From IMG/VR virus record IMGVR_UViG_3300014205_000170, positions 454,810 through 518,809 of that record: a stretch of DNA of 64,000 nt, one strand, 5' to 3'. The notes below the pieces were generated by a model that saw only the letters and a list, made by a program, of their open reading frames with translations, ran no database searches and was not told the DNA's origin. Position numbers and translations under genes: made by a program. Within the stretch, counting starts at the first letter, position 1, and each line of letters opens with the position of its first letter. This DNA is from a virus (taxonomy: Duplodnaviria > Caudoviricetes). This document shows positions 38,931 through 47,879 of the stretch, one piece after another.

Positions 38931-40462
38931 ATACCTTTTAATTTAATTAAAAAATTCTCTGTTTCTCTTCTTTCAATTTCATCTCCTAGTGCTTTGCCAG
39001 TAAATCCTTTATCAATTAATTCTTTACTATTAATACTTAATTTAAAATTCAAAAAAGTATTTACGAACTTTGGATTCATTTGCATCCATTGAGAAAATGT
39101 CAGTATTTCTGAATTAGAAAGTTTGGAATTTTGTTGAGCCTTTTTTAGTTTTATAACATTTTCAGAATTAAGAGAATAAAAGTGTTTTAAAAATGAAATC
39201 TGAGTAATCTCATCAACAGAATATTTCAATTGATTTAATTGTTTTTTTAATTTTTCAGAATCATTATCTATTAATAAATAAGCTAACAAGACAGGAATAA
39301 TTCTTTCTTCTATAAAATCTTCTTTATAATTAAGTCCTTTAAAAACCCAATCGAATAATTTATATTTTTGAATTAAATTCAAAAAATGAACAACAGATTT
39401 AGCGGATTTTATACCTTTAATAAATTCATCTCTTATTCTTTCGGCAGAAACATTTGAGGTTGCAGAAACAGTATCTCCCATTTGCAATTCTGGAAACCCA
39501 CCCAATCTACTATCTTTTTGTAAAGCAGCATCCACAGAAGGGTCTAAATCAGAACCAAATCTAGCAGCGAATCGAACTGCTCTCATAATTCTTAAGCGGT
39601 CTTCATTAAATCTATCTTCGGCACTTCCTACTGTTTTAACAATACCTTTTTTCAAATCAGATACTCCACCTACAAGGTCAACAATTTCTTGTTTATCTAT
39701 ATCATAAAATAAAGCATTAATAGTTAAGTCTCGTCTTAATACATCTTGGTCAATAGTTGTAAATTCTACTGAGTCTGGACGACGACCTGCTCCAATATCT
39801 TTTCTAAAAGTTGCAATTTCATATTCTCCACTTGGAGTTAAAACATTTATAATACCAAAAACCTTACCGGTTTCTAATGTTTTATAAAATGGAGAAACAA
39901 CTCCTTGAACAATATCAGGTAAAGCATCTGTTGCTAAATCGTAATCTTTTGGTTCTTTTCCTAAAAGAGCATCTCGAACAGCTCCGCCAACAACAAATAA
40001 TTTATATCCCTTTTGCTTTAAAAGATTTTTAATTTTTAAAATATCTTCTGGAATAGGAATGTTGAATTTAATTCTAACTTCTTCTTCTTTTAAAAGACTC
40101 TTCTTTAAAATTTGTCTTACTTCTTGCCTTATTTTTTTTTCGTTGCTCAAGTGTTTTTTCCAATTATCTAATGTTCCTATCATGTATTCTCTAACACCAC
40201 TACTATTAGCGGAATGAACTTTGTAGTCTGTATTTCGTATATCTAGTTCTTTTTCAAATACTATCCATTTAACAGCATCTTTACCTTCTTCTAGATTTTC
40301 TCCTAAATCATTATCAAAACTAACATATGAAGGAGCTCCATTTTTATTAATAAATTCTTTGAATTCAGTTAAATTTCGAGCTATTATCCAACTATTATTA
40401 TCTGTTTTTGGATAAATATCAGTTGGCATTCTGATGTCGTCTAAAAAAATCTTATAATCCAT
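38927..40462 (-). CDS. cca: cyclic-phosphate-processing receiver domain fused to a CCA-adding tRNA nucleotidyltransferase
   Basis: IFLDDIRMP..SFDNDLG..VHSAN; VGGAVRDALLG..KDYDLAT, EIATFR, RRDLTINAL, EDRLRIMRAVRF, SAERI; start moved to MDYKIF. Confidence 0.88.
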   Translation of the reverse strand: MDYKIFLDDIRMPTDIYPKTDNNSWIIARNLTEFKEFINKNGAPSYVSFDNDLGENLEEGKDAVKWIVFEKELDIRNTDYKVHSANSSGVREYMIGTLDNWKKHLSNEKKIRQEVRQILKKSLLKEEEVRIKFNIPIPEDILKIKNLLKQKGYKLFVVGGAVRDALLGKEPKDYDLATDALPDIVQGVVSPFYKTLETGKVFGIINVLTPSGEYEIATFRKDIGAGRRPDSVEFTTIDQDVLRRDLTINALFYDIDKQEIVDLVGGVSDLKKGIVKTVGSAEDRFNEDRLRIMRAVRFAARFGSDLDPSVDAALQKDSRLGGFPELQMGDTVSATSNVSAERIRDEFIKGIKSAKSVVHFLNLIQKYKLFDWVFKGLNYKEDFIEERIIPVLLAYLLIDNDSEKLKKQLNQLKYSVDEITQISFLKHFYSLNSENVIKLKKAQQNSKLSNSEILTFSQWMQMNPKFVNTFLNFKLSINSKELIDKGFTGKALGDEIERRETENFLIKLKGI

Positions 40463-40533
40463 ATTAGATAAATATCTACTTTTTACAAAGGTACCCTTAA
40501 TTTTTAAGATATTTATTCTAAAAGTGAACAAAA

Positions 40534-40737
40534 ATGGATACTAATTTGATAAAATATATAGCATCTTTTTTTTACCACAAAGGGTATGAAGACGGTAAAA
40601 ATGAAAAGGTAAAATACAATCGAAACCAAAAATTAGATGCCTCAATTAAAGAATGTTTAGAACAGTATAACCAAGAGATTCAAGACGAAAAACGAAAAGA
40701 TAGCCCACATCATCACTTAAATAGATATGACCAATAA
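40534..40737 (+). CDS. hypothetical protein
   Basis: 67-aa ORF with upstream TATTTA motif. Confidence 0.5.
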   Translation: MDTNLIKYIASFFYHKGYEDGKNEKVKYNRNQKLDASIKECLEQYNQEIQDEKRKDSPHHHLNRYDQ

Positions 40738-41275
40738 GAGAATTTTATATCTACATGGACTTGGAGGTAATCCAGATACTAAGGCTATAAAAAAGCTTGA
40801 GGGTCAATATGATGTTGTTGCACCAAAATTAGATTATGAAAATCCAGGTATTTGGACCGGTCTACAAAAATTAGTAGATAAAATGAATCCAGATGGGATA
40901 ATTGGTCATTCTTTGGGAGGATATTTAGCTTATTATCTATCAAACAATAACCATATTCCGGCCTTGTTGTTTAATCCAGCTTTTAATGATGAAGACTTAT
41001 TTTTAATACCAATACCTCAGTCCATCACAGAAATGTCTCCATATGGTCAACAAATGGCTATAATAGGAAAAGATGATGTTGTTATTAATCCAAATGACCA
41101 ATTAAATGCTCTAAAGCTCGGAAATGCTGATGTTTACATAGAAAACATTGGCCATGATATTCCGGATGATTTATTTGATTTTTATTGTAATAAGTTCATT
41201 AATAGAGATTTATCTAAAAATGAAGCAGTTATTCGTAAAATGGTACAAGAATTTTATTTGAAGAAACTTCAATAA
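40727..41275 (+). CDS. YqiA/YcfP-like alpha/beta hydrolase
   Basis: LYLHGLGG, IGHSLGG, LFNPA, GKDDVVI, IGH. Confidence 0.85.
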   Translation: MTNKRILYLHGLGGNPDTKAIKKLEGQYDVVAPKLDYENPGIWTGLQKLVDKMNPDGIIGHSLGGYLAYYLSNNNHIPALLFNPAFNDEDLFLIPIPQSITEMSPYGQQMAIIGKDDVVINPNDQLNALKLGNADVYIENIGHDIPDDLFDFYCNKFINRDLSKNEAVIRKMVQEFYLKKLQ

Positions 41276-41276
41276 A

Positions 41277-41600
41277 TTAATAGTAATAGATTTTAACATC
41301 ACTACCTTTTCTTTGAGAAACTTTATTGAATTTGTTTACAACAGCAGTTCCTAAGTCTATACCTGCTTCTTGACACAACAAATCCAGATAACAAATTATA
41401 TCAGCAGCTTCATCTGCTAAAATTTCTTTTTCATTTGCCTCTTTTAATGTAAAATCCCCTCTGTCAATTTTTTTGATGATATTGCACAACTCACCGGTTT
41501 CACCTGCTACTGCATTTCCCCATCTAGGCAAGTCCCATCCAGAAGGATAATGACCTTGTCTTTTTTTATTTGCTTCCTTTAGTTGCTTAAGAATATCCAT
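41277..41600 (-). CDS. MazG-like nucleotide pyrophosphohydrolase
   Basis: AGETGELCNIIKK, ADEAADIICYL, KFN. Confidence 0.85.
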   Translation of the reverse strand: MDILKQLKEANKKRQGHYPSGWDLPRWGNAVAGETGELCNIIKKIDRGDFTLKEANEKEILADEAADIICYLDLLCQEAGIDLGTAVVNKFNKVSQRKGSDVKIYYY

Positions 41601-41603
41601 TTT

Positions 41604-42002
41604 TTAAAATTCAATTTTCATATCTGAATTATCAATAATGATTTCAGCTGAACGTAAAGATTCGAAATAACCACACCAAAAACAACTCAGTTGTAAATCA
41701 GCATCACCATCTGTTTTTAATATAATACAATGTTCTGCCATATAATCATCTGTCCTACCATTTCTTTCGAATCCTACAAACCAATCTTTCTTTCTGTTAT
41801 CTTTAAAAATTTGTTCTCTTGATTTACTCTTAGTGCTATATCCATTTAAAGATTTGTATTGTTGATAATGTTCATTGATTCTTTGAAGATTTGCTTTAGC
41901 AATACTTAAGTCATCCCAATCCAATTCTAGATTATCTTCTCTTTCATAGTCATTAAAGCTGTCTCCTGTTTTATAAGAAATTTTTATTTTATATTTTCCC
42001 AT
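41604..42002 (-). CDS. hypothetical phage protein
   Basis: IKISYKTGDSF...FWCGYFESL. Confidence 0.65.
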   Translation of the reverse strand: MGKYKIKISYKTGDSFNDYEREDNLELDWDDLSIAKANLQRINEHYQQYKSLNGYSTKSKSREQIFKDNRKKDWFVGFERNGRTDDYMAEHCIILKTDGDADLQLSCFWCGYFESLRSAEIIIDNSDMKIEF

Positions 42003-42010
42003 TTGAACAA

Positions 42011-42277
42011 TTATATTTTTACTAAAGCTTGTTCTATTCTTTCTGTCCAGTGTTTATTTGCAGATTTTTTTCCTTCAGCGACAGTATTGCATTCAAAGTC
42101 ACCTTCATCATAGTATTCATCAAAACAAAAACTCCAAGAATATTTTGTTTCCCATTCCCTTACGTTGCTTTTCTCGTATATTCTGTAACTTCCAAAAGGA
42201 GTTCTGGCCTCCATGGATTGAGATTCATTTACTTCTCCTTGCCACTTGAGTGGTTTTATTTTATATGACTTTTCCAT
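42011..42277 (-). CDS. hypothetical protein related to family B (KIKPLKW)
   Basis: start moved to MEKSY; the ORF-track extension overlaps a tRNA-like gene. Confidence 0.55.
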   Translation of the reverse strand: MEKSYKIKPLKWQGEVNESQSMEARTPFGSYRIYEKSNVREWETKYSWSFCFDEYYDEGDFECNTVAEGKKSANKHWTERIEQALVKI

Positions 42278-42285
42278 TAAATAAG

Positions 42286-42382
42286 TGAAGAGAGAAGGAC
42301 TCGAACCTCCAATGTCGTTAGACCACCAATAAAGCTTGCGGATGTCTTTATGTGGCTGATATACCATTTCTCATATCTCTTC
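42286..42382 (-). tRNA. aberrant class II (Leu-like) tRNA with an elongated anticodon arm; identity undetermined
   Basis: GAAGAGA/TCTCTTC-A acceptor; D-arm TGAGAAATGGTATATCA; T-arm GGAGG TTCGAGT CCTTC; anticodon arm CCAC-ATAAAG/CTTTAT-TG-GTGG with an 11-nt loop. Confidence 0.6.
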
Positions 42383-42386
42383 AAAT

Positions 42387-42790
42387 CCCCCACAGCATCT
42401 ATCCTATCTGCGGGGGTTGTGCAATACTGAATTGCATGAATAAAAATTAACTGAGTCTTATGTTCATCATCCAAGCGTTTCGCCCACCAAACTGTCCAGC
42501 CTTATTTGTATTATAATTTTTGGAGGCCGGAGACGGATTTGAACCGCCACTCTCTTGTTTATTTACTCAATTTTTTATTCGTCTTTAACATGAATCTTAT
42601 GCTTCTGACACAACACTAAAACCGCAATTTTGAATGTAATGCTAAAAATAAAGCTAAGGCTACGTCAGTATTTTTTATATTTTTAAAAGAACGTTAAAAA
42701 AGTATTAGAGATATCTAAGCTTCGCTTAAGGAGGACGCTTGTTGAAAAACTCAACAAACGCATGCGGCTAATAGTCCTTACTCTAATTTT
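42387..42790 (-). ncRNA. circularly permuted tRNA/tmRNA-like structured RNA
   Basis: 3' tRNA half (T-arm 42548-42532, TCCGGCC-T-CCA 42531-42521) precedes a 19-nt linker and the 5' half (GGCTGGA from 42501, D-arm GTTT/AAAC); further long-range helices. Confidence 0.8.
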
Positions 42791-42794
42791 TTAA

Positions 42795-43601
42795 TTATTT
42801 TCCAATTTTACCAACATGAAGATAACTGAATAATTTTTCAGCATTCATATTGGATTTTACAGCATCAACTTCATTTGAAACTTTTAAAGCTTCAATGGTA
42901 GCGCTAAGCAATTTACTTCTTCTGCGAAGAATTTCAGCACGTTCTCTGTGAGAAAGTTCACCGGTAAACTTTTGAAAAGTATAATCTCCCAATTCCATAA
43001 CAGTATCTTTCGAACCGATTGGAGCTTTGTAAGAAGAAGAATCTTTTAAATCCTTAACGTTAGGGTCAATCATAACGTAACTTTCTTTTACGATAGATTT
43101 CTTTGTACCAGCTTGTTTTTTGTTTTCAAAAATCGCTTTACCTTGGTACATTTCTTCTGTTGTTTGATTCCACTCTTCGTCATCATTACGTACTGGAATT
43201 TGCTTATACATTTCTTCTAAGTCTCCATTTTCTAAAAATGATTTTAAGCGTAACAATTCCAAAGAAGAGAATTCTCCGAATTCAACCCCTTCAACTGTTA
43301 GTTTTGCTTTTGGTGTTCCGGAAGCATTGGTGGCTTCTTGAGAAAACAAAAGGTCAATATACTCTTGATTTGTTTCTTTAAGCCAGTTCAGTTTTTCTGC
43401 AACAGTTGTTACAACCAGTTTATTTCCGCGCTCACTTGGAATGTCTACCGTACCATTTTTTGGTTCGTATGTTTTTTTCTCTCCTTTAAAAGAACCAGAT
43501 TTATCTTTAAAGAATTGAATGTAATCTTTAATGCTTGCTTTGAATTGTGAAGATAAATGTTCTGTTTTACCTAACACTGTGTTTAATTTTAATTTGTCCA
43601 T
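42795..43601 (-). CDS. conserved hypothetical protein (recalled as DUF7873-like) immediately upstream of the permuted RNA
   Basis: KLNTVLG..GEKKTYEP..EATNA..ELLRLK..IPV..W..FTGELS..RAEILRR..L..SNEV..LFSYL; family assignment from memory, needs an HMM check. Confidence 0.6.
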   Translation of the reverse strand: MDKLKLNTVLGKTEHLSSQFKASIKDYIQFFKDKSGSFKGEKKTYEPKNGTVDIPSERGNKLVVTTVAEKLNWLKETNQEYIDLLFSQEATNASGTPKAKLTVEGVEFGEFSSLELLRLKSFLENGDLEEMYKQIPVRNDDEEWNQTTEEMYQGKAIFENKKQAGTKKSIVKESYVMIDPNVKDLKDSSSYKAPIGSKDTVMELGDYTFQKFTGELSHRERAEILRRRSKLLSATIEALKVSNEVDAVKSNMNAEKLFSYLHVGKIGK

Positions 43602-43901
43602 AATGTTTAATATTAATTTAAATTTTAAAAATAGAATTCAAAAGTAGTTAACTTTTTTATCCTGACAAAATTTTAAATGGGAATTGTAAAAAAAACTTAG
43701 ACAATTTATCAACAAATACTTTATGTTGTTTTGCGGAACCCATGAAATCAAAGATTTTAAGGTGGTTCCTTGTATCTGTTAGTGTACCGGTATGTAAATA
43801 TCTATAACATGTTCTTGAATATAAATACAAATATAAAAAGCATTTTCTTAAAAGTAAAGTTTTTTATAATTATTTCACAACTTTATCTAAATTTGCTTAT
43901 C

Positions 43902-44276
43902 ATGAATGTTGAATGTAAGTTTTTTAAAGTACTTGAAGATTTTGAATATAAATCTGAATATTATTCATGGTCTTATAAAAAAAATAGAATTTTCATGTTT
44001 GTTAACTATAAGATAAATCAGAAAATAAATGACTATCGTGGTAATCCAGTGTTTCATTATTACCGCTACTCTTGGGTCTTAGCAACAAACAGTGACCCAG
44101 TAATTTATAGTTTTAGTGGTTTTGATGAATTGCAAAAACAAAATTTAGTTCAAGAAGTAGATATTTTGAATGAACAATGGATTTACCCACACCTTCATAA
44201 AACTGCTATTAATTTTATTAATCAAGCAAAGATTTTGCAAAGAGAAATGATTATAGAAAAGATTAAAAATCTTTAA
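43902..44276 (+). CDS. paralog family E protein, REMIIEK motif
   Basis: similar to 45618 (WxLAT..P..WI..HL). Confidence 0.6.
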   Translation: MNVECKFFKVLEDFEYKSEYYSWSYKKNRIFMFVNYKINQKINDYRGNPVFHYYRYSWVLATNSDPVIYSFSGFDELQKQNLVQEVDILNEQWIYPHLHKTAINFINQAKILQREMIIEKIKNL

Positions 44277-44286
44277 CAAGCTTATT

Positions 44287-44529
44287 TTACGACCAATTAA
44301 ATCTTTGCGTTTTCTCGGTCAAAACCAATCTCGTAGTTGCAAAAATTAGTTTATCATGTATGATAAGTCCAAAATTTCTATATTTAATTTTGTTAAGTTT
44401 TAAAATTAATTTATCCCAAGAAGAAGTACTGTGATAGCGTAAAAATATACCACGAATACTTCGTATATTATCTTGAAAGAAAATAGTATCGCCTTCTGAA
44501 AAAAGTTGATTATGATTTAAACTCAACAT
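44287..44529 (-). CDS. paralog family A protein, RLVLTEK motif
   Basis: GDTIFF..RGIF..RLVLTEK. Confidence 0.6.
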   Translation of the reverse strand: MLSLNHNQLFSEGDTIFFQDNIRSIRGIFLRYHSTSSWDKLILKLNKIKYRNFGLIIHDKLIFATTRLVLTEKTQRFNWS

Positions 44530-44534
44530 TTAAA

Positions 44535-44786
44535 TTACTTCACAATTATGCTTTTAGTAGAAAGCCAGGTAACAACTGTGTTAACATCAATAACACCTGA
44601 TAAGTAATCACCAAGTTGTTCTCCTTCTAATTCAGTATTCTGAAAACCTCGTCCTTCTTGTTTGCCTAAAGATAAATATCCCCACCGGTACCGAATATAT
44701 CCTTCGGTATTATCAGAAAATTTTATATCCCAAGTTGATGGACATCCAAAACATGTTTGGGTCATCTCCTTAATTGTTAAGTTCAT
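44535..44786 (-). CDS. hypothetical phage protein
   Basis: QTCFGCPSTW..YIRYRWGYL. Confidence 0.65.
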   Translation of the reverse strand: MNLTIKEMTQTCFGCPSTWDIKFSDNTEGYIRYRWGYLSLGKQEGRGFQNTELEGEQLGDYLSGVIDVNTVVTWLSTKSIIVK

Positions 44787-45190
44787 ATTTTCTCTGAAAA
44801 AACTTTTCTAGTACTTCGAATTTCTAATAAAGTTTTATTTTCTTTACCACATTGAAAAGCTTCTTGATTAGAAGGTGGTCCTTGTTCTTTAATTGAACCG
44901 AAAAGAGGATGTTGACACTTAAAAAGCCTTTCTACTCTTTGACGGGTTTCTTCATTATAATAACCAGCGTAATAAGCAAGATTATCTTTTGCTATTTTTT
45001 CTGCTGTTTTATTCGGGTTAACATAATTTTTTCCTTCTTGTTCTTTAAGGATATCCATTGTTTTTTGAATATACTCAACATAACTTTCAAAATATTGTGC
45101 AGCATCATTAACAGATAAAATTGTCATTGCTGGTTTTAAACATTCACCAGTACTTAAATTTTCTTTATTATCTGGATTAAATATAGTCAT
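44783..45190 (-). CDS. hypothetical protein with C-terminal RKVFSEK motif
   Basis: NLAYYAGYY..HPLFG; TAnnTTTG upstream. Confidence 0.65.
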   Translation of the reverse strand: MTIFNPDNKENLSTGECLKPAMTILSVNDAAQYFESYVEYIQKTMDILKEQEGKNYVNPNKTAEKIAKDNLAYYAGYYNEETRQRVERLFKCQHPLFGSIKEQGPPSNQEAFQCGKENKTLLEIRSTRKVFSEKI

Positions 45191-45617
45191 GTCAGATTAT
45201 TTGTTTGCTTATAAACAAAGATACTTATTTTTTTTCTATACTTTTTCAAAAAAATTAAAATGTGCATAAAATTCTAGCCCAGTAATATTTTTAGTTTTTT
45301 AGATTATGTTATTGTTCTGGATTTGAACAACAAAGTAAGTTCCAACCTTAATGTTAAAGATTTTTTTAAATTAATACATTCCCTAGGTGAATGCGTAACT
45401 ATTTGTTTTTATTTATATTTAATATATTGTCAATCAATACTTTAAAGTGTTTACTTAAACAGAACATCTAATAGTGAAAAAAACACAAAGTCATACAACC
45501 ATACACGAAGCACAAAAGAATAAAGCATACATTGATAAGGGATATGATTAATTTCTTTTTGAATTAAAATCATACAACGGAGTTATATAACATTAGATTT
45601 TATTATCTTTGTAAATA

Positions 45618-46127
45618 ATGAATGAAACAATATGTACAGCTTACAAATTAAAAGAAAACTTTTTAGTTTCAGATAATGCAATGCATGAATTTTTTAGAAT
45701 ATCTAGTAGAGCTGCTCCAGATACAATAATTTTCAATAAAGATAGAATAATAGTCAAAGTTGAATATAAAGATTGTAATAAGAAAGAAAAAAAGCAATTC
45801 TGGATGTTAGCTACGAAAACAAAACCATCTCTTAAAATTTTCGAAAAAGAGTTTAAAACGTTAACATCAAAGGAATTTTTAACAAACATTCAATTAGAAG
45901 ATGAACATCATTGGATTAATGACCACTTAAATCAACAAGTAAGGTTTTATCTCAAGTGTTCAAAGTTTTTTAGTCGTCAAGTATTAACAGAAAAAACTAT
46001 TATCATTCCTCCGCCTCTTTCTATTTTTGGTCCCGGACAAGGTTATGTGGTTATGGGCAGACCAGTAAGAACAAATTCTATATTACAAAAACTAAAAAGA
46101 ATGATGAAATTAGTACAAAATCTATAA
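45618..46127 (+). CDS. paralog family E protein, RQVLTEK motif
   Basis: TATCTTTG at 45604-45611; similarity to 43902. Confidence 0.6.
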   Translation: MNETICTAYKLKENFLVSDNAMHEFFRISSRAAPDTIIFNKDRIIVKVEYKDCNKKEKKQFWMLATKTKPSLKIFEKEFKTLTSKEFLTNIQLEDEHHWINDHLNQQVRFYLKCSKFFSRQVLTEKTIIIPPPLSIFGPGQGYVVMGRPVRTNSILQKLKRMMKLVQNL

Positions 46128-46167
46128 TGTAGCCTTTTTCCTACATTAAGCATCAAAACAACCTTTA

Positions 46168-46461
46168 ATGTTGGAAAAGTTCGACAAAAACTATAAATTT
46201 ACTATAATGAAAAATGAAACTGTTTTAATGTTATACATGTTGTTGATAACAATGGTATTTATGATATATGCACAAAAACCTAAAGACCTAGTTTACTTTA
46301 CTGGAAAATTAATGGCATGGATGTTTTTCCCTTTAATATTTGTAATTTTTGCTCTTACATCTTATATAGACAAGAAAAGATTAAAATGGTTAAATAAAAA
46401 ATGGTTCGTAGTTTCCATTCAAGAAGCTTGGATATTTTTAGTAGCCGGATTCATGAATTAA
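46168..46461 (+). CDS. membrane protein
   Basis: hydrophobic helices. Confidence 0.5.
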   Translation: MLEKFDKNYKFTIMKNETVLMLYMLLITMVFMIYAQKPKDLVYFTGKLMAWMFFPLIFVIFALTSYIDKKRLKWLNKKWFVVSIQEAWIFLVAGFMN

Positions 46462-46464
46462 AAA

Positions 46465-46830
46465 ATGCAATCTGAAAATCTTTATATAGATGAACCTAGT
46501 GTAATTCATTCTGCTGAAATGAATATTTTTCTTACAGCTAAGTTAAGCGAAATTAAAGGAATGGGTTATCGCGCTCGAAAACACTATACGTTTTGGAAAA
46601 GTAAGAAATGTTCTTGGTGCAGAATATTTTGTGAATATGGTATTCGGTGGTCAGATAAATGGCAACTTTTTCCAATTTGGAATGTAAGTCATAATTCACA
46701 AAGAGCATTATCATTTGGTTTTTGGAAATTATATTTTGAAATTGGTTATTACAGAGAAAATTCATTTAATCAAAAAAGAAAATACCCATTTAGAAATAAG
46801 TTGTGGAATTTTTATCAATTATTTTTTTAA
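46465..46830 (+). CDS. hypothetical aromatic-rich protein
   Basis: 121-aa ORF. Confidence 0.5.
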   Translation: MQSENLYIDEPSVIHSAEMNIFLTAKLSEIKGMGYRARKHYTFWKSKKCSWCRIFCEYGIRWSDKWQLFPIWNVSHNSQRALSFGFWKLYFEIGYYRENSFNQKRKYPFRNKLWNFYQLFF

Positions 46831-46837
46831 ATCAAAG

Positions 46838-47056
46838 ATGATTGTATTTGAAAATATAGAAATATCAAAGTTTCAATTAAATTATGAGAATATAAAAAAC
46901 CTACCACATTTTATAACACAAATTCACATACATGGTTTTTATAAAGAAGGGGCACTTAAATATTGTAAACATGACTGGTTTTTTATCGGAAGTGTTGGAG
47001 AAGCGATTTGTACAAAGTGTGGTAATTGGGAAAATGAAATAACACATGTAAAATAA
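46838..47056 (+). CDS. small Zn-ribbon protein
   Basis: CKHDW...CTKCG; start moved to MIVFE. Confidence 0.5.
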   Translation: MIVFENIEISKFQLNYENIKNLPHFITQIHIHGFYKEGALKYCKHDWFFIGSVGEAICTKCGNWENEITHVK

Positions 47057-47057
47057 A

Positions 47058-47525
47058 ATGATTTCATTTAATTATAGACATAGTGATGTTCATACTAGAG
47101 AAATTTTAGTTGAAAAAAAATCTAGAGGAAAATTACAAAATTTTCACATTCCACATTCTGCATGGGAAGAGTTTTCTAAAAATATCCCTTTAATAACTTT
47201 TAAAGACTCAATGTATCTTACTGAAAAACTTATCGAATATTTAGCACAAAATATTTTTTCTCCATTATGTGGTTCTGAAAAATATGAAATCTTAAAACAT
47301 GTAGACAACATAAATTTAACTGTGTATCATTCTATAATAATTGATAAATATGTATTCACAATTTCAGAAGGATTAATTTTTAATACATTTTCAACTAGGT
47401 TTAATCCACATGACTTTAGACAAATTATAGATTCACTATGGCATTCTAAAAGTCTTTATAATAGAAATTCTAGTCTTAGCGATTCTGGTCGTAGTCTTAG
47501 AAATTCTAATCTTTTCCAAATATAA
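47058..47525 (+). CDS. paralog family F protein, N-terminal REILVEK motif
   Basis: similar to 58206 (P..W......P..L....F.PL..YVFTI). Confidence 0.6.
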   Translation: MISFNYRHSDVHTREILVEKKSRGKLQNFHIPHSAWEEFSKNIPLITFKDSMYLTEKLIEYLAQNIFSPLCGSEKYEILKHVDNINLTVYHSIIIDKYVFTISEGLIFNTFSTRFNPHDFRQIIDSLWHSKSLYNRNSSLSDSGRSLRNSNLFQI

Positions 47526-47863
47526 TGAACTTTAAAAACATATTTCAAAAATTTCTTTGTACTATTGGAAATCACAAATATCAACTAGACAATTCTGGCT
47601 TAACAGAATTTCCAGTAGACTTTTTTAAATGCAATCATTGTTCAAAGTATTTATTAGTTATTAATGGATTGTTAGCAGTGGGTGTACGTCGTCTTTTATT
47701 ATATAAAAAACGACATGATTTATTAGAGCAAAAACGTTGCGTCATAGTAGAAAAATTTAAACTAAAAATTAAAAAACCAAAACTGCTTATAAATCCGCTA
47801 ACCGGAGAAATCAATCTTAATTATATCATGATTACAGATATGGCAGAAGATGTTTTTATTTAA
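47525..47863 (+). CDS. paralog family D Zn-binding protein, RCVIVEK motif
   Basis: FLCTIGNHKY..DFFKCNHC. Confidence 0.6.
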   Translation: MNFKNIFQKFLCTIGNHKYQLDNSGLTEFPVDFFKCNHCSKYLLVINGLLAVGVRRLLLYKKRHDLLEQKRCVIVEKFKLKIKKPKLLINPLTGEINLNYIMITDMAEDVFI

Positions 47864-47879
47864 TCGCCACATTTTATTG

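Noticed and set aside
42277-42474. 65-aa minus-strand ORF, and the N-terminal extension of 42011..42367
   Set aside because: Both overlap structured RNA genes (the permuted RNA and the tRNA-like gene), so they are probably incidental.
42387-42790. Ordinary two-piece tmRNA or group I intron-containing tRNA
   Set aside because: No G3.U70/A73, a D-stem is present and no ...AA* tag is seen. The halves are in permuted order rather than interrupted, and no group I core was recognised.
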